This document shows, piece after piece, positions 19,543 to 28,333 of a stretch of 64,000 nucleotides of DNA (position 1 is the first letter of the stretch; each line of letters begins with the position of its first letter). Under the pieces are notes generated by a model. It was given only the letters and a program-made list of their open reading frames with translations. It ran no database searches and had not been told where the DNA came from. The DNA is from Alphaproteobacteria bacterium (lineage in GTDB: Bacteria > Pseudomonadota > Alphaproteobacteria > Bin95): contig CAXXWS020000002.1 of the NCBI GenBank assembly GCA_963665325.3, positions 992,001 through 1,056,000 of the forward strand. The letters run 5' to 3'. Position numbers and translations under genes: made by a program.

Positions 19543-19955
19543 TCGGAAGGTCTGCCGCTCGACGCGTCGTCGAGATGCAGTTGAGTGCCCTGTCCCAGCG
19601 CGGTGCCGACCGTCTCGGCGGCATCCTGCACCATGGTGTCGGCAAGGTGGATGTATTTCAGCGTCGTCTCCGCCTTGCGGTGCCCAAGCATCCTGCCGAT
19701 CGCCAGCACGGTCTCGCCTTGCCTGAGCGCCAGACTCGCCACCGTGTGCCGCAGATCGTGAAGATGCGCGTCCTCAAGCTCCGCCTCGGCGCGGACCCGC
19801 TTCCAGAAACATTCCAGCCAGTTGATGCTCCGGGGGCGGTCGGCCCGCGACGCGGGGAACATCCAGCGTCCCTTCCGCTCAAGGCCGTCGAGAACGGCGC
19901 GCGCCGGCCCGGAGAGCCATACGGTCCTCGGCCCCGTCTTGCTGTCGCTAAGACG
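19539..19955 (-). pseudogene. C-terminal fragment of a second tyrosine integrase (N-terminal part lost; last codons displaced by the serine recombinase element)
   Basis: RLSDSKTGPRTVWL...HDLRHTVAS...MLGHRKAETTLKY; similarity stops near 19955 where AT-rich sequence begins. Confidence 0.85.
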
Positions 19956-20096
19956 AAAACATACCCTAAGATATTGTAAATATGGAGATATCTACTTTTA
20001 TGTAATCACACCGCATGCGGATGGCTTCAACTCCGCGACCCCTCACGTCCCCGTAGGGGGTAAGCCTTCGGGCGAGCCGTGGAGAGGACGACGATA

Positions 20097-20978
20097 TCAG
20101 CGATTGAGGGTTCGCCGCCAATCGCGTCGGAGGGGTCGGAGCCAGACATCCTTGCGGGGCTTTTCGTAGAGCTTGTCGCGGTCGTAGCGTCCCCGGCCCT
20201 GGGTGGTTCCGACATGGATCCAGCCCGACGCCCGGTAGACAGCGCCGGTGTAGCGCGGGGTCTCGACGAAGGTCTCGATGAGCACGGGGTTGGTGTTGTA
20301 GCGTTCGGTCCAGTCCCCGGGCAGGCGGCGGCGCACGATGGCGAGGATGTGCGAGCCGAGGTTGGGAATCGCGATCCACGGCAATATCAGGAACCTGGGG
20401 TTGTCCACCACCAGCGGCAGGTTCTTCTCGCGCAGCTCGGGCGCCCAGCCGATGAAGCGGTCGCGCGGGGCGAGCTTCCAGGCGGCGGTGGAGAAGCCGA
20501 GCATGGCGATGGGCCAGCCGTTGCGGTCGTGGACGGCGTAGCGCATCTGGGCGCCGACCAGGGTCTTGTATCCGAGGTAGTGGTAGCGGGCGACGAACTC
20601 GTTCCACAGCCTGCCCTCGCGAGTCTCGCGCACGACGGTGCGGAAGTCGAGCGGGCGCACCTCGTCAAGCGTCGTCGGTGCGGGGAACAGCGGCGGCTCG
20701 GTCTCCGGTCCGAAGACCATGGGCTTGGGCCGGCCCTGCTTACCCTTCGGCGGCGGCAGGGCGATCACCCCGTCGCGGTGCATGGCGAGCATGGTGACGC
20801 GGGCCATCATGTCCTTGAGGCCGCCGTCGGGCTTGAGCCAGCCGATGCGCCGGCAGAACTCCTTCGACAGGGCATGGCGGTTGAACGCCGGAGGCCCGGC
20901 GATCAGGGAGCGCAGCAGCGCCATTTCATCGGCGGTGAAGTCGCGACCGTAGTAGCGGCACTCGATGGCGCCGGTCAT
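20097..20978 (-). CDS. DUF4338 domain protein (domain family shared with Druantia DruA)
   Basis: RYYGRDF, LWNEFVARYHYLGY, AAWKLAPRDRFIGW, RFLILPWI..PNLGSHIL, ETFVE, GAVYRASGW; ATGA-coupled to the transposase. Confidence 0.8.
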   Translation of the reverse strand: MTGAIECRYYGRDFTADEMALLRSLIAGPPAFNRHALSKEFCRRIGWLKPDGGLKDMMARVTMLAMHRDGVIALPPPKGKQGRPKPMVFGPETEPPLFPAPTTLDEVRPLDFRTVVRETREGRLWNEFVARYHYLGYKTLVGAQMRYAVHDRNGWPIAMLGFSTAAWKLAPRDRFIGWAPELREKNLPLVVDNPRFLILPWIAIPNLGSHILAIVRRRLPGDWTERYNTNPVLIETFVETPRYTGAVYRASGWIHVGTTQGRGRYDRDKLYEKPRKDVWLRPLRRDWRRTLNR

Positions 20979-23362
20979 CCCGGGGCCGTGAACTTGAGCC
21001 TGCGCTCCTCGCTCATCGACCAGGGCAGCCAGGCCGACAAGTCGTCCGGCGGCTGGCGGCCATTTTCCGCACACGCCGCCAGCCACGCTTCCAGCCAGCG
21101 CAGCACGTCGATGCCGTTCATCGAGAGCGTGCCGACGACCGAGTACATGATCGCGGTGAACTCCGCGCCGTCCGCGCTGTTGGAACCGAAGCTCAGCCCC
21201 CGTCCGATTGCCGGAGCACGCAAGATTCTTTCGGCGACATTATTCGTGAGGGGCACTTGCGGGTGGTCGACGAAGACGCACAGCCCCTCGCGATGGTTGA
21301 GAAGCGAACGCAGCGCCTTGCCTTCGCGCGCGTGCTCCGGCAGAGCGGCCAGCTCCGCCTCGGCGTGCGCGAACAGGCGGTCGAGCGCCTTCTTCAGTTT
21401 GCGCGTCGCTTTCCTGAACGCCGCAGTCTGGCGTTTGCGGCCGGGCTTGTAATGTTCCAGCCGCGCATCGTTCAGCCGGAAGATCTCCGCGATCCGCTCG
21501 ATCCATTCCTGGCACCATTGCGTCAGCCGTTCCTGGCCGGCCGCGGCCTCGATGTAGTCGCGGCGCACATGGGACCAGCAGAAGGCGAGGATCACCTTGC
21601 CCCCGAGAAGGCGCACGAGCCGCTTGTATGCGCTGTAGCGGTCGCAGACGACGATCGTGTGGGGCAGGGCTTCGGCGAACAGCTTGAGCGCCGCCTCGGC
21701 GCTGCGGCTCGGGTCGATGTGGAAGCAGACCGCGTCGTGGCTGACCGAGGTCCACAGCCAGGCCCGGTTCGACCGATCTTCCCCGCGCAGCTCCTGCACA
21801 CGCCAGGAGGTCTCGTCGGCATGGCGCACCACCGCCTCGTTCTGGTGCGCGAGAATCGCCTCGAACAGCGGCAGGAACAGCGGCACGAAGCGCTTCAGGC
21901 TGTCGGCCAGCGTCCCCGGCGACACCGCCAGCCCCTGGGCCGACATCCATGCCGCGGTCCGGCTCAGCGGGCGCAGCCCGACACTGAGTTCGAAGAGGAA
22001 GCGCGCCCAGAAGGTGATTCCGTAGGGCGTGCCGCGGAACAGCCGCGCCACCGGGGGCGCGGACACTTCCATCGGCGAGGACGCGCACTCGCAGGTCCGG
22101 CGCATGCGTGGGCGCTGGATCACGCGCTTGTGGGCCTTGACCTCGATCTCGACGAGGGTGGATTCCTCGACGCCGTTCGCGGCGTAAGGCTCCCCGCATT
22201 GCGCGCACACGCACGCCTCCGGCGGCGGGGCGTGGACTTCAGGGCGCTCCTCGAGCCCGGGCCGCCGAGTGCGGCCGTGACCGGGCGCGCCGCGCTGCTG
22301 GCCGCGCTTGCGGTCCGAGCGCGGCTTGTTCTGCTGCTCGCTCTTGCGCCCATAGAGCCTCTTCGACAGCACCTTCCCGGTTGCACGGAGCTTCGTGGTC
22401 TCGGCTTCCAGCGCCTCGATCCGGTTCCGCGCGCCCTTCACGGTTCTGCGCAACCGGGCGTTCTCCCTCGACAGGGTCTTGATCGTTTTCTTCTGGCGCC
22501 GCGACCGCCTCAGGACGGTGCGCAGGTGAGCCACCTCGTCGAACGGCAACTTCGTCAGCGTCGCCCCGGCCGCGCGCAGCTTGGCAATCCGGGCCTTCAG
22601 CTTCTCCCGCCTGGCCTCGGACATCTTCAGCGCATAGCGCAGCCCGGACACTTCGTGGGACAGCGACCGGGACCGGATCTCGGCGTCTCTCAGGAACGTC
22701 AGCTCCCTGCGGAAGCTCAGGTTCTCGCGGGACAGCGCCTTGGCGGTTTCCCTGATGCTTTCCGACCTCTCCTTCTCCTCTTCCAACTGCTTGTTGAGCC
22801 GGGCAATCTGGGTGTACAGCGATTTGACCGACATCTCGCGTGCCGGCGCCATTCGACTGCGCCGCGCGGCCTCGGATCGCTCAGCGGCGTCCGTCGACAC
22901 GAGACCGCGCATTCGACCGATCACGATGCGCGCGGATACGATCCTCGCGCCTTCGCCCGGCTCAAGGCCGGGGGCGCACAGAAGTTTCCCGGGGGCGCAC
23001 AGAAGTTTCTCCAACTGCGCCAGCTCCGTCTGCAACAAGGGGACGGTCTTGACCGCGCGGCGCAGTTCCCTGGTCTCTTCCTCGACCGCCGTCAGCTTGC
23101 TGCGGCACTTGCCGAACCGCGACTTCCACGAACCGGCATCGCTACGGGCAGCCACTTCGGCCCAGCGCAATTCCTCAACGCGCGCCTCCGCCGCGTCCGC
23201 GCGCGCTTGTTCCCGATCCGCACGGGCGCGCTCACGCTGCAACAGCGTCAGCAAATCGCACGGCTCGTGCTCTGGCCGGGGCGCGGGAGAAAACCGTATC
23301 CCCCCGTCGACCTCGACCGGCGTCAGGTCTGTCGTGGCAAGATCAGCGTCGAGAACCACCAT
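20975..23362 (-). CDS. tnpC: IS66-family transposase with long N-terminal coiled coil
   Basis: RLYGRKSEQ, RGQQRGAPGHGR, CAQCG zinc finger, HADETSW, VCDRYSAY, CWSHVRR, LTNNVAERILR; in-frame 21-bp duplication at 22968-23009. Confidence 0.9.
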   Translation of the reverse strand: MVVLDADLATTDLTPVEVDGGIRFSPAPRPEHEPCDLLTLLQRERARADREQARADAAEARVEELRWAEVAARSDAGSWKSRFGKCRSKLTAVEEETRELRRAVKTVPLLQTELAQLEKLLCAPGKLLCAPGLEPGEGARIVSARIVIGRMRGLVSTDAAERSEAARRSRMAPAREMSVKSLYTQIARLNKQLEEEKERSESIRETAKALSRENLSFRRELTFLRDAEIRSRSLSHEVSGLRYALKMSEARREKLKARIAKLRAAGATLTKLPFDEVAHLRTVLRRSRRQKKTIKTLSRENARLRRTVKGARNRIEALEAETTKLRATGKVLSKRLYGRKSEQQNKPRSDRKRGQQRGAPGHGRTRRPGLEERPEVHAPPPEACVCAQCGEPYAANGVEESTLVEIEVKAHKRVIQRPRMRRTCECASSPMEVSAPPVARLFRGTPYGITFWARFLFELSVGLRPLSRTAAWMSAQGLAVSPGTLADSLKRFVPLFLPLFEAILAHQNEAVVRHADETSWRVQELRGEDRSNRAWLWTSVSHDAVCFHIDPSRSAEAALKLFAEALPHTIVVCDRYSAYKRLVRLLGGKVILAFCWSHVRRDYIEAAAGQERLTQWCQEWIERIAEIFRLNDARLEHYKPGRKRQTAAFRKATRKLKKALDRLFAHAEAELAALPEHAREGKALRSLLNHREGLCVFVDHPQVPLTNNVAERILRAPAIGRGLSFGSNSADGAEFTAIMYSVVGTLSMNGIDVLRWLEAWLAACAENGRQPPDDLSAWLPWSMSEERRLKFTAPG

Positions 23363-23520
23363 GCGCCCGACGATAGCGCAGGGTTCTCCGCGTTACCAGC
23401 CCCCTTGCGGCACCTCGATTCGCTCTGGATCACGAACCGTTGTCGGATTTCTCACGGCTCGCCCGAAGGCTTACCGTAGGGGTGTAAGCCTTCGGGCGAG
23501 CCGTGGAGAGGACGACGATA

Positions 23521-24402
23521 TCAGCGATTGAGGGTTCGCCGCCAATCGCGTCGGAGGGGTCGGAGCCAGACATCCTTGCGGGGCTTTTCGTAGAGCTTGT
23601 CGCGGTCGTAGCGTCCCCGGCCCTGGGTGGTTCCGACATGGATCCAGCCCGACGCCCGGTAGACAGCGCCGGTGTAGCGCGGGGTCTCGACGAAGGTCTC
23701 GATGAGCACGGGGTTGGTGTTGTAGCGTTCGGTCCAGTCCCCGGGCAGGCGGCGGCGCACGATGGCGAGGATGTGCGAGCCGAGGTTGGGAATCGCGATC
23801 CACGGCAATATCAGGAACCTGGGGTTGTCCACCACCAGCGGCAGGTTCTTCTCGCGCAGCTCGGGCGCCCAGCCGATGAAGCGGTCGCGCGGGGCGAGCT
23901 TCCAGGCGGCGGTGGAGAAGCCGAGCATGGCGATGGGCCAGCCGTTGCGGTCGTGGACGGCGTAGCGCATCTGGGCGCCGACCAGGGTCTTGTATCCGAG
24001 GTAGTGGTAGCGGGCGACGAACTCGTTCCACAGCCTGCCCTCGCGAGTCTCGCGCACGACGGTGCGGAAGTCGAGCGGGCGCACCTCGTCAAGCGTCGTC
24101 GGTGCGGGGAACAGCGGCGGCTCGGTCTCCGGTCCGAAGACCATGGGCTTGGGCCGGCCCTGCTTACCCTTCGGCGGCGGCAGGGCGATCACCCCGTCGC
24201 GGTGCATGGCGAGCATGGTGACGCGGGCCATCATGTCCTTGAGGCCGCCGTCGGGCTTGAGCCAGCCGATGCGCCGGCAGAACTCCTTCGACAGGGCATG
24301 GCGGTTGAACGCCGGAGGCCCGGCGATCAGGGAGCGCAGCAGCGCCATTTCATCGGCGGTGAAGTCGCGACCGTAGTAGCGGCACTCGATGGCGCCGGTC
24401 AT
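23521..24402 (-). CDS. DUF4338 domain protein (copy 2)
   Basis: Same translation as 20097-20978. Confidence 0.8.
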   Translation of the reverse strand: MTGAIECRYYGRDFTADEMALLRSLIAGPPAFNRHALSKEFCRRIGWLKPDGGLKDMMARVTMLAMHRDGVIALPPPKGKQGRPKPMVFGPETEPPLFPAPTTLDEVRPLDFRTVVRETREGRLWNEFVARYHYLGYKTLVGAQMRYAVHDRNGWPIAMLGFSTAAWKLAPRDRFIGWAPELREKNLPLVVDNPRFLILPWIAIPNLGSHILAIVRRRLPGDWTERYNTNPVLIETFVETPRYTGAVYRASGWIHVGTTQGRGRYDRDKLYEKPRKDVWLRPLRRDWRRTLNR

Positions 24403-26786
24403 CCCGGGGCCGTGAACTTGAGCCTGCGCTCCTCGCTCATCGACCAGGGCAGCCAGGCCGACAAGTCGTCCGGCGGCTGGCGGCCATTTTCCGCACACGC
24501 CGCCAGCCACGCTTCCAGCCAGCGCAGCACGTCGATGCCGTTCATCGAGAGCGTGCCGACGACCGAGTACATGATCGCGGTGAACTCCGCGCCGTCCGCG
24601 CTGTTGGAACCGAAGCTCAGCCCCCGTCCGATTGCCGGAGCACGCAAGATTCTTTCGGCGACATTATTCGTGAGGGGCACTTGCGGGTGGTCGACGAAGA
24701 CGCACAGCCCCTCGCGATGGTTGAGAAGCGAACGCAGCGCCTTGCCTTCGCGCGCGTGCTCCGGCAGAGCGGCCAGCTCCGCCTCGGCGTGCGCGAACAG
24801 GCGGTCGAGCGCCTTCTTCAGTTTGCGCGTCGCTTTCCTGAACGCCGCAGTCTGGCGTTTGCGGCCGGGCTTGTAATGTTCCAGCCGCGCATCGTTCAGC
24901 CGGAAGATCTCCGCGATCCGCTCGATCCATTCCTGGCACCATTGCGTCAGCCGTTCCTGGCCGGCCGCGGCCTCGATGTAGTCGCGGCGCACATGGGACC
25001 AGCAGAAGGCGAGGATCACCTTGCCCCCGAGAAGGCGCACGAGCCGCTTGTATGCGCTGTAGCGGTCGCAGACGACGATCGTGTGGGGCAGGGCTTCGGC
25101 GAACAGCTTGAGCGCCGCCTCGGCGCTGCGGCTCGGGTCGATGTGGAAGCAGACCGCGTCGTGGCTGACCGAGGTCCACAGCCAGGCCCGGTTCGACCGA
25201 TCTTCCCCGCGCAGCTCCTGCACACGCCAGGAGGTCTCGTCGGCATGGCGCACCACCGCCTCGTTCTGGTGCGCGAGAATCGCCTCGAACAGCGGCAGGA
25301 ACAGCGGCACGAAGCGCTTCAGGCTGTCGGCCAGCGTCCCCGGCGACACCGCCAGCCCCTGGGCCGACATCCATGCCGCGGTCCGGCTCAGCGGGCGCAG
25401 CCCGACACTGAGTTCGAAGAGGAAGCGCGCCCAGAAGGTGATTCCGTAGGGCGTGCCGCGGAACAGCCGCGCCACCGGGGGCGCGGACACTTCCATCGGC
25501 GAGGACGCGCACTCGCAGGTCCGGCGCATGCGTGGGCGCTGGATCACGCGCTTGTGGGCCTTGACCTCGATCTCGACGAGGGTGGATTCCTCGACGCCGT
25601 TCGCGGCGTAAGGCTCCCCGCATTGCGCGCACACGCACGCCTCCGGCGGCGGGGCGTGGACTTCAGGGCGCTCCTCGAGCCCGGGCCGCCGAGTGCGGCC
25701 GTGACCGGGCGCGCCGCGCTGCTGGCCGCGCTTGCGGTCCGAGCGCGGCTTGTTCTGCTGCTCGCTCTTGCGCCCATAGAGCCTCTTCGACAGCACCTTC
25801 CCGGTTGCACGGAGCTTCGTGGTCTCGGCTTCCAGCGCCTCGATCCGGTTCCGCGCGCCCTTCACGGTTCTGCGCAACCGGGCGTTCTCCCTCGACAGGG
25901 TCTTGATCGTTTTCTTCTGGCGCCGCGACCGCCTCAGGACGGTGCGCAGGTGAGCCACCTCGTCGAACGGCAACTTCGTCAGCGTCGCCCCGGCCGCGCG
26001 CAGCTTGGCAATCCGGGCCTTCAGCTTCTCCCGCCTGGCCTCGGACATCTTCAGCGCATAGCGCAGCCCGGACACTTCGTGGGACAGCGACCGGGACCGG
26101 ATCTCGGCGTCTCTCAGGAACGTCAGCTCCCTGCGGAAGCTCAGGTTCTCGCGGGACAGCGCCTTGGCGGTTTCCCTGATGCTTTCCGACCTCTCCTTCT
26201 CCTCTTCCAACTGCTTGTTGAGCCGGGCAATCTGGGTGTACAGCGATTTGACCGACATCTCGCGTGCCGGCGCCATTCGACTGCGCCGCGCGGCCTCGGA
26301 TCGCTCAGCGGCGTCCGTCGACACGAGACCGCGCATTCGACCGATCACGATGCGCGCGGATACGATCCTCGCGCCTTCGCCCGGCTCAAGGCCGGGGGCG
26401 CACAGAAGTTTCCCGGGGGCGCACAGAAGTTTCTCCAACTGCGCCAGCTCCGTCTGCAACAAGGGGACGGTCTTGACCGCGCGGCGCAGTTCCCTGGTCT
26501 CTTCCTCGACCGCCGTCAGCTTGCTGCGGCACTTGCCGAACCGCGACTTCCACGAACCGGCATCGCTACGGGCAGCCACTTCGGCCCAGCGCAATTCCTC
26601 AACGCGCGCCTCCGCCGCGTCCGCGCGCGCTTGTTCCCGATCCGCACGGGCGCGCTCACGCTGCAACAGCGTCAGCAAATCGCACGGCTCGTGCTCTGGC
26701 CGGGGCGCGGGAGAAAACCGTATCCCCCCGTCGACCTCGACCGGCGTCAGGTCTGTCGTGGCAAGATCAGCGTCGAGAACCACCAT
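24399..26786 (-). CDS. tnpC: IS66-family transposase (copy 2)
   Basis: Same translation as 20975-23362. Confidence 0.9.
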   Translation of the reverse strand: MVVLDADLATTDLTPVEVDGGIRFSPAPRPEHEPCDLLTLLQRERARADREQARADAAEARVEELRWAEVAARSDAGSWKSRFGKCRSKLTAVEEETRELRRAVKTVPLLQTELAQLEKLLCAPGKLLCAPGLEPGEGARIVSARIVIGRMRGLVSTDAAERSEAARRSRMAPAREMSVKSLYTQIARLNKQLEEEKERSESIRETAKALSRENLSFRRELTFLRDAEIRSRSLSHEVSGLRYALKMSEARREKLKARIAKLRAAGATLTKLPFDEVAHLRTVLRRSRRQKKTIKTLSRENARLRRTVKGARNRIEALEAETTKLRATGKVLSKRLYGRKSEQQNKPRSDRKRGQQRGAPGHGRTRRPGLEERPEVHAPPPEACVCAQCGEPYAANGVEESTLVEIEVKAHKRVIQRPRMRRTCECASSPMEVSAPPVARLFRGTPYGITFWARFLFELSVGLRPLSRTAAWMSAQGLAVSPGTLADSLKRFVPLFLPLFEAILAHQNEAVVRHADETSWRVQELRGEDRSNRAWLWTSVSHDAVCFHIDPSRSAEAALKLFAEALPHTIVVCDRYSAYKRLVRLLGGKVILAFCWSHVRRDYIEAAAGQERLTQWCQEWIERIAEIFRLNDARLEHYKPGRKRQTAAFRKATRKLKKALDRLFAHAEAELAALPEHAREGKALRSLLNHREGLCVFVDHPQVPLTNNVAERILRAPAIGRGLSFGSNSADGAEFTAIMYSVVGTLSMNGIDVLRWLEAWLAACAENGRQPPDDLSAWLPWSMSEERRLKFTAPG

Positions 26787-26903
26787 GCGCCCGACGATAG
26801 CGCAGGGTTCTCCGCGTTACCAGCCCCCTTGCGGCACCTCGATTCGCTCTGGATCACGAACCGTTGTCGGATTTCTCACGGCTCGCCCGAAGGCTTACCG
26901 TAG

Positions 26904-27050
26904 GGCCTCGTAAACGTTCCGTCGGGCCGGGGAGAACGGGAAAAGTAGGTGTCGCGACCGGCTGTGACGGTAGGAAATCCCTCGATTATGCGAACCAAGA
27001 TTACCTCTGAGTTCGACGACTCCACGGCCCGACGGAACCATTACAGGGCC
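26904..27050. mobile_element. 147-bp MITE-like element
   Basis: 31-bp terminal inverted repeats, 26/31 matching (GGCCTCGTAAACGTTCCGTCGGGCCGGGGAG vs GGCCCTGTAATGGTTCCGTCGGGCCGTGGAG); no ORF. Confidence 0.7.
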
Positions 27051-27054
27051 TCTC

Positions 27055-27396
27055 TCACGGCAAGAGCTTGACCAGAGCGACGATCAGGCCGCCCTGGGCG
27101 ATCAGCGCCCCGAACAGCCACTTCAACAAGTCGACCTTGACCGCCTCGATGGCAGCCCTGGTTTCCTGCCGCAGTACGTCGATACCGGCCTCGACCCTGG
27201 CGATATCGGCCTTGGTCTCCTGACGCAGCGCGTCCACGCCGGCCTCGATCCTGGCGATATCGGCCTTGGTCGCGAGGTTGGTATTGAGCAGGGCGACATG
27301 CTCTTCGGCCAGGGTCTCGGCCTGCTTCTCGGTGAAGCCGCTCTCGGTCAGGCGCTTCACGAAGCGGTGGGTGTCGAACGCGATGGCCTCGGTCAT
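27055..27396 (-). CDS. DUF1640/CCDC90-like coiled-coil protein with C-terminal membrane anchor
   Basis: FDTHRFVKRLTESGFTEKQAE, LATKADI, two 18-aa repeats, LLKWLFGALIAQGGLIVALVKLL. Confidence 0.85.
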   Translation of the reverse strand: MTEAIAFDTHRFVKRLTESGFTEKQAETLAEEHVALLNTNLATKADIARIEAGVDALRQETKADIARVEAGIDVLRQETRAAIEAVKVDLLKWLFGALIAQGGLIVALVKLLP

Positions 27397-27516
27397 GCAT
27401 CGATCATACATTCCCGCCGGCACGGAGCAAGGATCCCGCGTGGCGGAATCGGGCGTGCCTGGGGCTGCAAGCCCCAACGAGCCCAGCGATGAGCCGGTGC
27501 ACGCTTTCGGCGGCGA

Positions 27517-27735
27517 TCAGTGTTCGGTCGAGTTCAGCTTCTCGCCGAGTTGCGTGAGCTGTTCACCGAGGCGCACCGCATCCTCGGGGACGAGCCCGAA
27601 CTGAAGGCGCGTGGGCTCCCCTGCGTCCTCCCGGTACTGGATCTCGACGCCGACATGCACCGTGCCGTCGGTGGCGGTGAGCTTGCGAAGCCGCACCTTC
27701 TCGAGCGGCGGCACGAGCTTCACGGTATCGCTCAT
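27517..27735 (-). CDS. Small hypothetical protein (72 aa)
   Basis: Protein-like composition (MSDTVKLVPPLEKVRLRKL...) and GC3-biased codons. Confidence 0.5.
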   Translation of the reverse strand: MSDTVKLVPPLEKVRLRKLTATDGTVHVGVEIQYREDAGEPTRLQFGLVPEDAVRLGEQLTQLGEKLNSTEH

Positions 27736-28208
27736 CGCGCGGAGTCGCCCCGGGTTGCCGTCACCGGCAGGTCCTCGTACCGATCCGGACCAGATCGCCG
27801 CCCGGCGTCGAGAGTCGCCATGATGGAATCGCCCGGAGGTCTCATGTCGTTGGCCTGACGACGATACGACGCTCGCCATGCGTGAGCCCGCAGGCGCCGT
27901 CGTGCCCTCGGGCGTCGGTGTCGCCCGCGCAACCGGCGCAGCGAACCGCGGCCGTGGCGAAGGCGGTTGAGCGAAGCATGGCCACGACTATACCGCCCAA
28001 TCGGTGGCGTTCGACAGCGGCGCGGCCAATCCCTTCGAGAGAGAGGCGGAGCCCGACATCGTTCCTGGGCTCGGCCCGCTTGATGTGGATGCGTGTCGTG
28101 ACGTCCGTCCCTCGGGTGCGTCCGACCCGGCGCCGGCTGAGCGTCGGTCGGCGATGGTGGTCAAGGTGTGCGTCGCGCGGCGTTCGCTCTCTGTCGGCGT
28201 TCATTGTA

Positions 28209-28237
28209 TTGATTTGCCGCCGGGTTCGGTTTACGGT
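28209..28237 (+). promoter_or_regulatory. Putative sigma70 promoter of autotransporter 2
   Basis: TTGATT-N17-TACGGT in a local AT-rich patch about 95 bp upstream of RBS/ATG 28334. Confidence 0.35.
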
Positions 28238-28333
28238 TTGCGCAAGTGGGACAGGCGATGCTTGGCGGGATTGTGTGCGGCGTCGGACGGGGCGCGGGAC
28301 GGTCAGCCGGGCGACAGGTTCGGAGGCGACACG

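Larger units (their letters stand above)
16229..19588 (-). mobile_element. Large serine recombinase integrative element (3360 bp including both GC cores)
   Basis: Removing it at the GC dinucleotides (16229-30 and 19587-88) restores the integrase C-terminus ...TALGQGVILGGA-stop just before the next integrase start; the joined ends form GCAGT-N5-GC-N5-ACTGC. Confidence 0.85.
20060..23474 (-). mobile_element. IS66-family element, copy 1 (3415 bp), with DUF4338-like passenger
   Basis: 22-bp perfect TIR GTAAGCCTTCGGGCGAGCCGTG; flanked by 8-bp CGTAGGGG (20052-59 and 23475-82). Confidence 0.93.
23484..26898 (-). mobile_element. IS66-family element, copy 2 (appears identical; tandem direct repeat, period 3424 bp)
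   Basis: Same TIRs and identical translated ORFs; 9-bp spacer CGTAGGGGT between copies; right flank CGTAGGGC. Confidence 0.93.

Noticed and set aside
19955-20059. AT-rich stretch with GCGGA..TTCAAC..TCCGC and a CCCCT..AGGGG hairpin, as a tRNA/tmRNA 3' remnant or att site
   Set aside because: No canonical T-loop, acceptor stem or CCA, and no second copy in the window to define an att core
20097-20978. Complete Druantia defence system
   Set aside because: Only a DUF4338-like gene inside an IS; no DruE-type helicase or other dru genes
28004-28333. Upstream extension of autotransporter 2 to GTG 28004
   Set aside because: No RBS and it crosses a promoter-like AT-rich patch; ATG 28334 has a well-spaced GGAGG
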